Positions 11,151-25,220 of a stretch of DNA of 64,000 bases are shown here, in pieces. The DNA comes from Octopus sinensis (lineage: Eukaryota), in contig NC_043020.1 in NCBI RefSeq assembly GCF_006345805.1, forward strand, positions 28,210,001-28,274,000, in the 5' to 3' direction. The notes beneath the pieces were generated by a model that was not told where the DNA came from, did not search any database, and saw only the letters and a program-made list of their open reading frames with translations. Every line of letters starts with the position of its first letter. Position 1 is the first letter of the stretch. Both the position numbers and the translations under genes were made by a program.

Positions 11151-13396
11151 CACACATTCAGACATACACATGCACACGAGCAAGCACACATTCACACATT
11201 CATATACTCTCTCTCTCCTTCTTTACTCTTTTACTTGTATCAGTCATTTGACTGCGGCCATGCTGGAGCACCGCCTTTAATCGAGCAACTCGACCCCGGG
11301 ACTTATTCTTTTGTAAGCCCAGTACTTATTCTATCGGTCCCTTTTGCCGAACCGCTAAGTAACGGGGACATAAACACACCAGCATCGGTTGTCAAGCAAT
11401 GCTGGGGGGACAAACACAGACACACAAACACACACACGTATATATATATATATACATATATACGACGGGCTTCTTTCAGTTTCCGTCTACCAAATCCACT
11501 CACAAGGCTTTGGTCGACCCGAGGCTATAGCAGAAGATACTTGCCCAAGGTGTCACGCAGTGGGACTGAACCCGGAACCATGTGGTTGGTTAGCAAGCTA
11601 CTTACCACACAGCCACTCCTACGCCTAAGTATATATACATACTTATACATGTACACACACACTCACAACCAGTCACACACACACACACATGCACACGAGC
11701 AAACACGCATTCATAAATACATACTTATACATGTACTCACACACACACACACAGCCATTCACATGCACACGCACACAGGGGTTTGAAACCCTAATCAGGC
11801 CATTGATTTGGTACCTAATATTGAGAGACAAAATGGCCAAACAGATGAAGTGCTGGGCTTGTAACTCTACTACACAAATTGTGTTGTAGGTAGCAAGTAA
11901 AAAAAATTTCTTCTTTTATAATAATAATAATGAAATTATTGTATACAGTGCTCAGGTGCACCACAACTTGTCAGAAAGTGCGTATAAAGTATATGCAGTA
12001 ATGTACAAATGTCTGGAAAGCGAACAATGTATGAGTCAGATACATGCTTGTGTATGTATGGAGGGGAGGAAATCAGGTGTAGTGTTGGCGAATCTCAGAA
12101 AGCATAGAAGTTTTGAAGGATGCAGTGCTCCGACAACTAACAACCGATGCCGGCAGTTTGTTCCATGCTTATATTTTAGTGAATTAATTCCAAAGTTTAT
12201 TATTACAGTTAAATAATTTCAAACTACAATAATATGCATTGAAAAACATTAATACAATCAAATTATTTCACAAGTTAATATTATATATTCGAAATATCAT
12301 ATCATATCCAAAATACATTACCACGCTCAAATCATTACAAGATTGCTTGTTCCAAAATACATTTTTACGTTCAAATTACTTCAAAATGCTAAATTACATG
12401 ATTACAAAAATACATAATCAAATATTTGAAAATACATAAAGTACGAACCAGTTTCAGTTCTTGCAGAAGATATTCATAGTTTTGTATATTATTCATTTAC
12501 AGCATTGGCACGTAGGGAGTACGTCAAAGCAAGAAATATTTGTCAAGAATATGTTCCAGAAGTTCTTCAGTGTAAGAAATAATTTTTTTTTTCTTTTGAA
12601 TTTAACGATTATGCATAGAAGACGAAATGTTTCCCTTGATTGCATGACCACTGGTATATTATAAAGCAATGGTCCTCAGCCAGGGTTCATATGATCCCTG
12701 GGAGTCCTTATAAAATTTTTGGGATCCACATAACAAAATAGCAAACTGGGGATCCACTATAGTATTTTAAGGTCCCTTGAAAAAATTTTGTTTTGATATG
12801 CATTGCAAAAAACAGCCAGGTTTCTTTCTCTAACATTTTACATTGTTCATCCAACACAAATTAATAGGAATTTTGAAAGAAGTTTCTATGAAACTAATTT
12901 TATAGACATTGAATGCCTATGTGGTGGTGGTGGTGGTGGTGGTGGTTGTGGTGGAGGCACCAGAATAAAACAGTAATCAAAGGGTTCCATAGGCAAAAAA
13001 AAGGGTTGAGAACCCTTGTGATAAAGTATGATTGATAGAGCCATCAGAATCCTTGTTATTAGATAGGATATGATGAATTGAACCAGTGGTGTCCTAGATG
13101 CAGGAATGGCTCTGCGGTTAAGAAGCTCACTCTGTAACTATATGGTTCCTGGTTCAGTCCCATTGTACAGCACCTTGGGCAAGTATCTTCTGCTATGGCA
13201 GTGTCATTCATTTCCAATATTCTACAAAAGCAAGTCTGGTCATTGGGAAAATGTCATCTCATTTGGAAACAGCTAAAGAACTAGAGACAAAAAGGATTTG
13301 TTTCTATAAAATCTGCTTCAATAAACTTCATCTAACCTCTGCAAGCATGCAAAAATAGACATTGAAACAACAATGATGATGATTGTGGTGGTGGTG

Positions 13397-13465
<69 letters not shown>

Positions 13466-15371
13466 TTGAGTGAGAGAGCAGAGCATGCCATCAAAGTGAC
13501 ACTGGGGTAAAATATACGACGCCCAGTATACCCATCATGACTACCCGTCTGATAAGGGTACACCAGACACATGCATCACAACCATATGTGCATAACATGG
13601 TGATCTCATATCAAGATAAACAGCACCGTCAGTTGGGCTTTATAGAAAGTCAGCAACTAATTGAAGCTTGAAATATTGCAACAAAGCAGAAGATTGAATT
13701 TTGGGGTTGTGTTTTTGCTATGCCATGAATAGAAGATATCAGCAGTGACTATGTAGCCTAGAATTTGTAGTAAGTTTTGTTTTTCTTTTTGCAGAAATAT
13801 GGATCATCATATCCTGGGAAACTATATACTGATTACTACAAATATCGAATGCAGATATTTGAATGTAAGCAAACACTTCATACCATAATTTCTATTGTTG
13901 CAACTTGGGTCTTGTTTGTACAGTGAGGGAATAATGGGAGCATTTAGTTACCAGATTAGGTGAGGTAGTGCCTGTAGCCTTTATAGTCATCTCCGGTTGG
14001 TGACATCCCTGGTTGGTTGATATTCACTTTGAATATCTGTAATTTGATGTTCGTAGGAAAAGTATGAGCAGAGAGGAAATTCTAAGTGGCTGAAGCTCTG
14101 CGGAAAAAGTTTTTAGTATGGGGTCTGGAAGAGGGGTGAGACACAGTGTTGAAGAGAGGAGATATGATATGTGCACAGAATATGTTTGGATTAAGGGAAT
14201 ATCCGTTTGTTTGTGCAAGAAAGAGCATAGAGCATTATAGTATCTGTAAACCTTTAGCACATCATCATTGTGGCATTCTATTCAGGAAATGCAGAAGCAA
14301 TGTGACCCAGTTGATAAAGTATCAGCCTACCATCTCATGGAACCCCAGTTCAGTTCCACTGCTAGTGTCTTATTTTATACACATAAGAATACACTTGATT
14401 TACCATTTTTCTGCAGACCCACACTAGCCCAGTGCGTGTGTCTGCAAGGAACAATTACCATGAACAACTACTAGTGCCATCACTATCACCAAAACCACAA
14501 CTATTTTCACCACCACTACTACTACTACTACTACTATGCTCACACACACAGACCACTACTACTACTACGCCTCCCCTACACACTACCACCCCCAACCACT
14601 ACCACCACCACCACCACCACCACTACTACTATTACGCCCACACACATGCCACTACCACCATCGCCACTACTACTACGCCTCCCCTACACACTACCACTAC
14701 CACCACCACCACCACCACTACTACTATTACACCCACACACACACACACACCACTACTACTGCTGCTGCTGCTGTTACTACTACTACTACTATTACGCCCA
14801 CACACACACACACCACCACAACCTCCACCACCACCACTACTACTACTGCTGCTACAGCCTGTTTGTATTGATGTGTTTCAGTGATGCAAGGTAGAAAACG
14901 TCCTGAAGATCCGGAAATTGTTGAGGAATCCGAAAGTCCATCCGTTGAGTCAGTAATAATTTATGATGCTTTTGCTTTCTTCTGATGATATTCAGTGCTT
15001 AGCCATTGTTGATGTGGCAGGCCAAGAGATGGGTAGATTGATTGGTTTGACTAACAGACAGACAGATGGACAGGCTGACAGAAATACAGATAAATAGACA
15101 GGTAGACAGACTGACAGACAGGCAAATACACAGACAAACTGACACAGACAGACAGACATACAGACAGACATACAGACAGGCTGACACACAGAAAGACTGA
15201 TTGACAGATAGACAGGCAGACCAACAGACAGACAGGGACATATACAGCCAAACAGACAGACAGTAAGACACAGAGACAGACTGACTGACAGACGGACAAA
15301 CAGACAGACTGGCAGTTATACAGACAGACATAGACAAGCAGATTGATAGACAGACTCACTGACTGACAGGC

Positions 15372-15440
<69 letters not shown>

Positions 15441-15966
15441 CAGGTAGACAGACTGCCAATGATGAAAATGAAGATACTTTTTTTATTTGTTTATTGCAGA
15501 ATAATCCAAGCGAAAGTTCCCAAATACAAAGAAACGAAACGCATTAAGGTAAACAATTCTTGCTATGTCCTACTTGTACTGTTTAATTAACAGAATATTA
15601 ATGAAATAGTTGTTTGTCCTATAATAGTATGTCCAATAACAAAGTCTTATGCCTTCACAATATGGCTGGCAGAGACAAAATGAGTCCTAGATTAAGTAAA
15701 AGGGTCAGTACAATAAAGTACCAATATGGCCGCAGTGCAATGACTGACACTCTTTACTCTTTTACTCTTTTACTTGTTTCAGTCATTTGACTGCAGCCAT
15801 GCTGGAGCACCGCCTTAAATCGAGCAACTCGACCCCGGGACTTATTCTTTGAAAGCCCAGTACTTATTCTATCGGCCTCTTTTTGCCGAACCGCTAAGTG
15901 ACGGGGATGTAAACATACCAGCATCGGTTGTCAAGCAATGCTAAGGGGACAAACACAGACACACAA

Positions 15967-16006
<40 letters not shown>

Positions 16007-16787
16007 ATATATACGACGGGCTTCTTTCAGTTTCTGTCTACCAAATCCACTCACAAGGCATTGGTCGGCCCGGGGCTATAGCAGAAGACACTTGCCCAAG
16101 ATGCCACACAGTGGGACTGAACCCGGAACCATGTGGTTGGTTAGCAAGCTACTTACCACACAGCCACTCCTGCGCCTATAAAAAAGTGACTAACGACCCT
16201 GATGGGACTTGAACCCACAATCTTCGGCTCCGGAGGCCGACGCCTTATCCATTAGGCCACAGGACCAACCTCTAGTGAAAGAATAATAAAGACAACATAT
16301 TGTATTCCTGTATGTTATTGTTACAAATTAATTTAACCTCATGGCAGTAATGACCATATATCTTTCGTTGTATCAGCGTTCCAATTCTGAACCTCGACTC
16401 TATTTTGGAGAAAGTATCTTTGAAGAACTTGACATACAGCTTTCAGCTGTGCTTAAAAGGAGCCAGTCTCTTGCCGCAATGCATTTATTACCAACAAAGG
16501 TAAGATACTTTCACTGTCACTTACACTCTCCACAGCTTATGTTTACTGACACACTAAATTGAACATTGTTGTCAGAAGGTATTGAAATTGTGATGATATT
16601 TGGATTGGCAACTGATGAGGGATTCAGCATGATAGTATCCATTGTGTGATTGTTGGTGTTTCTCCTATTAATTCCTCTCTCATTGCCCTATGTCACCTTT
16701 TGTGTGTGTGTGTGTGTGTGTGACACATATCCTAGTGCTTAAGTTATTGCACTTACAAACAGGAGATCAAGAGAGTCCACCACACAC

Positions 16788-16886
<99 letters not shown>

Positions 16887-19504
16887 AGTGAAGGTACATA
16901 TCTTGTATATGCATATATATATATGTATGTGTGTGTGTGTGTGTGTAATTATTTATATATGCATGTATGTACTGTTTCTTTTCTCCTATTTCCAGATAGA
17001 AGAGAGACAAATAAGGGACCTAGATAAGGACTTAAGGCTCCTGGCGCAGAGGGATGACGTTCAAGATGATGTGGCAGAGCTTCTAATGGATGATCTACCT
17101 CCAGTCATTAAGGTACATGTACACCTTTCTACACACTGTCCTACTGCAACCAACACTACTGTAACCACCACCACCATCACCACCGCCATTACAAGTCCTC
17201 TAGCTATCTGAGATTGTTTTTAGTATTTGTGGTCTTCCTTTAATATAGCCACTTGTTTTTGTTTTTTTTTGTATATGATGATGAGGGTAACAGCCACCCA
17301 GTGTTGAAGTATACATTACTGTTTCCATTCCTTAGCGATGTATCTTTGATGTAATACACTTGTGCTACAGTGGTAACCATCTCTTTCAAGACCTCTTCTT
17401 GAATGTTGTCAAGTCTGAGAGACTTCCTGCTTTTTCAAAATTCTAATGGCAGGATCAGCACTAAACTTTGAGAATTGATCTCTGCTAGAATGATTCGAGT
17501 ACCATGCTGACATCAAGAGGTGTCTTAATATTTTACCTGATGAAGGCGGCGAGCTGGCAGAAACCTTAGCACACTGCGTGAAATGCTTAGCAGTATTTCG
17601 TCTGTCTTTACATTCTGAGTTCAAATTCTGCCAAGGTCGACTTTGCCTTTCATCCTTTTGGGGTCAATTAATTAAGTACCAGTTGTGTACTGGGGGTCAA
17701 TCTAATCGACTGCCCCCTCCCCCAAAATTTCAGGCCTTTTGCCTAGAGTAGAAAAGAAAATAATATTTTACCTGACGAGGACGGAAAGCTGGCAGAATCA
17801 TTACCACAGCTGACAAAATGCTTAGCAGCATTTCATCCATCTTTATGTTCTGAGTTCAAATTCTGCCGAGGTCAGCTTTGCCTTTGGGGTTGATAACATA
17901 AGTACCAGTTGAACAGAGTCGATGTAATTAACTTACCCCCACCTCCAAAATTGCTGGCTTTGTGCCAAAATGTGAAACTAATAGTTTACCTGACCAGTCT
18001 GAAGCCTATTTTGTGTTCTCCCCATTTTGACTGTTTATTGAAATGTCTAGCTAAGCTTGGTTTCTGCTTTCAGAGACGCACTCATTTCCTGCTATCTCCG
18101 TCTGTGGCAGAATGTGGGCCAACATACGATAGGTACCTCCATACTATGAATCAGCATTATTGGACATCCTTCCACCAGCTATACTCCTCCATGCTGGCTT
18201 AGGATGTGTTGTAAGAAGGTATTAATTTGGGAATTTTCCCTTTTGCTAGATTGATTGCTTTCACTGCAGCTAAGGAGCTCAATCTACCCTTATGAAAACC
18301 TATTCAGCCCTTAGGTGGGACCTTGAGACCCTGAAACCCCGACAGATTCTACCATTCCAGGTCAGGACAGACCTGGGAGTAATGGTCATTAAAGGGTGAC
18401 CTCATGATCCCCACAACTCCAGAATGCCCAGAGTGGAGCTTCACCACCAGATGCAGTTTAGTGTCACACACAGGAGATATGCTAAGTAGGTTATTTTGGA
18501 GGCCATATTTGTAGGTCCTTCTCAAGTTGTATACACATACATGTGCACATACAAACAAGCAACACACAGGGGGACACACACACACACACATCCACATACA
18601 CACACACATCCACACACATACACACACACACAAACTGACACATGCACACACAAACTCACAAATACATATTCACATATTCCCTTGCACATCCGCCCACAGA
18701 CCTGCACACACATATAAAAGAAGAACACCCGTACACACATGCACACATAAGGCAATGCTATATAAGTTTAAATGTATATTTTCATGTCTGAAGTCTGCTA
18801 CACAAGATGACAAAAGGAAGCAGGCTCAAGCCAAGTTACAAAGAACTATCCAAACTCTTGAACAGCTGCAACGAGAAAATAGACGAATTGATAGGTAAGC
18901 AACACCTACCCTAACCACTACACCTCACTGAAATGCTTGTAGTTACCCTCTTCACCCAGTTTGGTACCAACCTGCCTAAGGCTGCCCCTTCTTCTCTGAT
19001 ACAAACTTCATGTTTTCAAGCGATCCATATATTAAATTCTCTCATCAAAATTTCAGTAATTTTATGTTCCAAATATCAGTTTAATAATGACAAAAGCATT
19101 AGACTAAATTCCTTATTGTTTTCCAAAAGGCATATGTGTCACAACTATGTTTGCATGGCATGGTGATCTCATACCAAGATAAACAGTGCATAACCTTGAA
19201 GTTGGGGACCAATTAGAATTCTCTTCAGATTGAGAAGTCCATCCTCTCAAAAGGTCCCTGAATAAAGGTTATTTAAGGATGATGAACAAACCACTCATGT
19301 TTCCAGAAGTGAATTATTTAAACCTCAAAGGATCTTTCACAACACATAGCGATGATGCCCCCCACCCCACTGCTTCTGCTCATGATCAGAGATGCCCATA
19401 TCATCAGCCACTAATGGACATGCTCAACTAGTTATGGTCAAGCAACTAACAGGCAAATCTGTGGTATTGAGCAGAATATTTGCTGAGCCTTTCTTTTACA
19501 CCAA

Positions 19505-19546
<42 letters not shown>

Positions 19547-20024
19547 GAGTGAGAGAGCAGTTCATGCCATCAAAGTGACACTGGGGTAAAATATACGAAG
19601 CCCAATATACCCATGACTACCCGTCTGATAAGGGTACACCAGGCACATGCATCACAACCATATGTGCGTGACATGGTGATCTCATATCAAGATAAACAGC
19701 ACATGACCTTGCAGGTGGGGCCCAGTTAGAATTTTCTTCAGGTTGAGTAGCCCATCCCGCTCAAAAGGTCCCTGAATAAGAGTTGTTTAAGGATGTTGAA
19801 AGAACCACCCATGTTTCCAGAGGGGTATTATTGAAGCCCCAAAGAATTCCTCTCAACACATGGCTATGATGCTCCCCCACTACTTCTGCCCGTGATCAGA
19901 GATGCACATATCGTCAGCCACTAAGGGACATCCTTAACTGGTTAAGGTCAAACAACTGACAAGCAAATCTGTGGTATTGAGCAGAATATTTGCTGTAGCC
20001 CATCTTTTATACCAAGACAAAACA

Positions 20025-20073
<49 letters not shown>

Positions 20074-21755
20074 GCAGCAGCAGCAGCAGCATTTCGTCCG
20101 TCTTCATGTTCTGAGTTCATATTCTGCCAAGCTCAACTTTGAATTTCGTCTTTTTGGGGTCAATAAATTAAGTACCGATGAAACACTGGGTGTCAATGTA
20201 ATCGGCTAGGGGCCCCTCCCCCCAAAATTTCAGGCCTTGTGCCTACAGTAGAAAGGATTATTATTATCATTGCTATTAAGACGGTGAGCTGGCAGTGTGG
20301 TTAGAGCACCAGAGACTATGCTTTAGTGTCATGTCTTTCAGCTCTTTATGTTCTGAGTTCAAATCCCACTGAAGTCAACTTTGCCTTTCATTCTTTGTGG
20401 GGAGGGGGAGGTCAATCATATAAAGTGCAATCTAGTACTGGGGGTCAATGTAATTGGTTGACACCATCCTCCTAAAACTGAGCCCAAATTTCAAACCATT
20501 ATTATCATTACTATTGTTCTTACCATTATGACCATCTATTTTCATTCATCATCATCATCACCACCACCGCCACCACCACCACCACCACCACCACCACCAC
20601 CACCGCCACCACCACCACCACCATCATCACCATCATCATCATCATTATCATTTAACGTCTGTTGTTCACATTGGCGTGGGGTCGGACATTTCGACTGGGC
20701 TGGCACTGTGGAACCCTGCACCAGACTCCAGTCTGATTTGGCACGGTTTTCTACAGTTGGATGCCCTTCCCTAACGCCAAGTACTCCGAGAGTGTAAAGG
20801 GTGCTTTCACGTACCACCAGCACAGATGCCATTTGCATGACACTGGGGTGATTTTTCGTGCCACCAGCATGGGCGTCAATTTGCATGACACCAATATCTG
20901 CCATCATTGTGCTTTTGATCAGCTTGATGGGTCATAATGCCAAAGGTTTTGGTCATTGCCTCCATGAGGCCCAACACTTGAAAGGAACTCAGCCACTTTG
21001 CATCATTATTATCAAAAAATAATAATTAAAAAATTTTTTTTTTAATTTTATCTAGTTTCAGCTCACGAGCTGTGGCCATGCTGGGGCACCGCCATTTAAT
21101 AATAATTATAATTTAATGATAATAATAATTATTATTTATTAATTTTTTTTTTCTTTTAGCAAAGACGTGAAAGTAATTGAACCGATCTTCACCCAACCTG
21201 ATATTCTGACAGTTAATTTCCAGAGAAAGGTGTTTTATTTTTTGGCTTTTATCTTTGTTTCAGTAACTGGACAATGGCCTTACTGGTGGGTGGGTGGGTG
21301 GGTGGGTAGTCAGCCAAATGCACACCCAGTCTGTCAGTCTCTTCTGTTGGACTACTAAGTTACAAGGATGTAAAAAAACTAACATCAGTTGTCAAGCGAT
21401 GGTGGGGCGGTGGGAACAAATATAAACACACACACACATGTGCATACATGCACACACACACATGCACACAAATACACACACATGCACTCAAGGCCTTGGT
21501 TGGCCTACAGGTATAGTAGGAGATACTTGCCTAAGGCGCCATGCAGTGGGACTGAATCGGGAACTATGTGGTTGGGAAGAAGGTGGGGAAGCACAAAAGT
21601 AAACACACACACACACAAACACATACACACACACACACATACACGCACACACATACACACACACACACATACACGCACACACATACACACACATACATGC
21701 ACACACACTCTCTCTCCTTTTCCTTCTCTCTTTCCTTTTCCTTCTCTCCCTCTTT

Positions 21756-21786
<31 letters not shown>

Positions 21787-24700
21787 CCCCTCTTTGAATC
21801 TGTTGTGTCTTACCATCTCTTTTATTCCCAACAGGATACTGTTCGAATCTCCTCTGTACAAGTGACAGAGAGGAGTCTACAGGTCAACCCAACATTACAG
21901 ATATTCAAACCACAATACAATGAACTTCTTGGTGAGGTAAGTGATGGGAATCCGATATCCTGAGGCTGTAGGGGGTTAGGGTTGATTGAACTGAACCCAA
22001 TACATGACTGGTACTTATTTTATTCACTTCTAACTCTAGAAACTTGAATAGTAAAGTTGGCCTTTATGAAAATTGAATCTAGAACACAGCAGAGTTAAAT
22101 TCTATGCTTGTAGGTATTTTAGTCTGCAGTGGTTTCATTCAGATCTTCAAGGAATACATGGCATTTTAGTGTTTCACCATTTTCATGGAAGTACCCAAAA
22201 GGTACAAATATGGAACTCTGCATGCTCTGTGCACATATGTAAGGGTTTCTGTAAAATATGAATGCCAGCTGTGAGTCTGCACATGCAGATGCAAATGAGT
22301 CTGCATATGCAAATGAGTCTGCAAAAGATGTGTTGTCATGCAAATAAGTTTGTAGCAAATAGACATTGCATGTGTTTTCATACATGTGTATCAGCAGAAC
22401 GGTAGAATGAACCAAGTGATTAGTGTTTGGTATTTAGCAGATGTACATACACTAGCGTAGCTGTGGGTGAGTGGGGCAGTCTGCTCTATGCGGCACTTTT
22501 GGGTCTGCTGTAGGCAATATGTGTTTTTCGTGCAGTTTGGGGGTTGCAAATGGAAGGGCTATGTTGGTGTGTAGGTATGTGATGAACTTTCCTAGAAGAA
22601 GAGGCTCAAAATAAATTTCAAGAACTGGAATGATTGTGAAAATTACAGCCTTCAAAAAGTACCGCCTCAGATTGGTACTTTTTATTGGTCCCAAAAGGAT
22701 AGAGGCCTATGCAGAATTTGAATTCAATGTACAGAGAGTCAAAATAAATACTACTTGCTTTCTTAAGCCCTTTGTTCTCTATGGAACTTTGGTCATTGAC
22801 AACTTTTCTGCACTGTCCTCAACTCTGTGGTTGTTTCTTCTGCTCCCCTCTAACTAAATCTTTGCTTTTTTAGTCTCCATTCCACCTCACTTGAAGTTTC
22901 AGATATATGTTTCGCTGAAGGAACACCTCCCTCTCCAAGATCTTGTTGTTTCCAAATTGTCATTGATGCTTTTGTAACTGTTTTCTTCTCTAGGAGGGGT
23001 GTTGGCCCTGCATAAACCCTTTTTACTTCTGGGAAAAAGTTGTCCATATTAGCCAGGCCTCTATCCCTTGACCTGTTCTTCAGCATGGGGGACCATGTGG
23101 GTTTGAGGTAAGGGCCTGATTTGTCATATATTTACCTGAGAAAGGTTTTCCTCTCCCAGGTTTTGGTGGTTCTAAATTGTCAGTGATGCTTTGGTAACTT
23201 GTCTTTTTATCTGAATAAGGGTGTTGGCTCTGTGCAAATCCATTGTTACTTCATGGAATAAGGTGGTCCTTGTTAGTGTGAGTTCTGTCCTTTGGTAGTA
23301 TGGGAGACCCTACCAAGAGTTTGTGTCCTGCTGGCAAAGTTTTCAAGGTCATTGAAGCACACAAGCTACCATACCACAGCAAGGACTGGGACCTTATAGT
23401 GGACCAGAACAAATACCATGAGGCATTATATTCAATGCTGTAATGATTCTGCTGATTGCCACTGGTAAACCTGTATCAATTTAGTCTAATCTGTTGTTTC
23501 ATTTTACAGATTCCCTCATCTATAGTTGATGAAATTGACCAAGTTGTTGATGACAAGCATCAGCTTGAAGAGCTCTATGAAAATCTAAATACCGTTTTGG
23601 AAGAGTTTGAGAATAAGGAATCATTTGAAATACTGTCCGAGGTAATTTCTTTATTGTATTGTTATCCCTAAACTATGGATCCATTCACATCATTGCACAA
23701 TATATTTAAACATACACACATATATATATATATATATGAGCATGTGGTTGGACAATTAGCTAATTACTTTTTGACAAACGTACGTAAAAAAGCACCTTCC
23801 GAACGTGGCCGATGCCAGCTCCGCCTTGATGGGCTTCTGTGCCGGAGGCACGTAAAAAGCACCAACCGATCATGGTCGCTGCCAGCCTCCCCTGGCACCT
23901 GTGCGGGTGGCACGTAAAAAGCACCCACTACACTCACGGACTGCTTGGCGTTAGGAAGGGCATCTATCTGTAGAAACACTATCAGATCAGACTGGAGCCT
24001 GGTGCAGCCTCCTGGCTTCCCAGGCCCCGGTCAAACCATCTAACCCGTGCTAGCACGGAAAATGGACGTTAAACGATGATGATGATGATAATGATGTACG
24101 GGCCAAATAGATATTTATCATCCTAATACAGATGCAGGTTTGTATGATTAAGAAGTGTATTTCACAACCATTTAGTTCTGAGTTCAGTTCCATGGTGTCG
24201 TACATTCAACAAGTATCTTCTAATATAGCCCTGGCCCAGCCAAAGCCTTGTGAGTGGATTCGGTAGATGGAAACTGAAAGAAGCCCATCGTTTATATATC
24301 TCCTCTATAGCAACTTGTGTCCCTCCCCTTAGCTTCCCATTCCCTTCTCTTTGATAGCATTTAATAGTAGTAACTGACTAAATTCTACTTCCTTCCTCTT
24401 CTCTCTGTGATTCTTGTAAATTTCAATAACAATCTGTTCCTCTACAGAATAAGATTGTCACTTTGCTTCTCACTTGGATTCCCTGAAATTTCGCACGATT
24501 GTACCCAAAATTTCTTCACATAACTTGATTAAAAATTCACTATGAGCTATATATGGACATGCACAAATTCTGTAAGTTCAAGACCTTTCATCGGATCTCC
24601 AGGAATCGAACTTCCTTCAATGCAGTTAAACTTACACCCTCATTTGTATCTACCCCTTTTGATGTTTGGGAATCTCTGATGTTTTTTCGGCTGACAAGTA

Positions 24701-24921
24701 CGAGCCATCTATATTTACTGCATTTTTTGTAGCTTATTAAAGATGTCCTCGTACGAAACAATTGTACCGAGATTTTAATTCATTCTTGTTGCTTTTTTCC
24801 TATTTGTAATCACCCCACTTGTCGTATGGTTAACACCATATAGATTTCCGGTGCATCCTAGTTAAGGACCATATTCATGTGAATTCATTAGAATTCACTT
24901 GAATCTCAGTTACTTAAACCG

Positions 24922-24953
<32 letters not shown>

Positions 24954-25116
24954 CACACACACATACACATGATTGTTATCTTGCCGTTTATACCAATATA
25001 TATATATATACGGTTTAAGTAATTGAGATTCAAGTGAATTCTAATGAATTCACTTGAATATGGTCCTTAACTAGGATGCACTGGAAATCTATATGGTGTT
25101 ATATATATATATGAAA

Positions 25117-25152
<36 letters not shown>

Positions 25153-25189
25153 ACACATACACATGATTGTTATCTTGCCGTTTATACCA

Positions 25190-25220
<31 letters not shown>

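Noticed and set aside
10779-11786. 335-aa H/T-rich ORF
   Set aside because: (CA)n tract plus a SINE; no coding signal.
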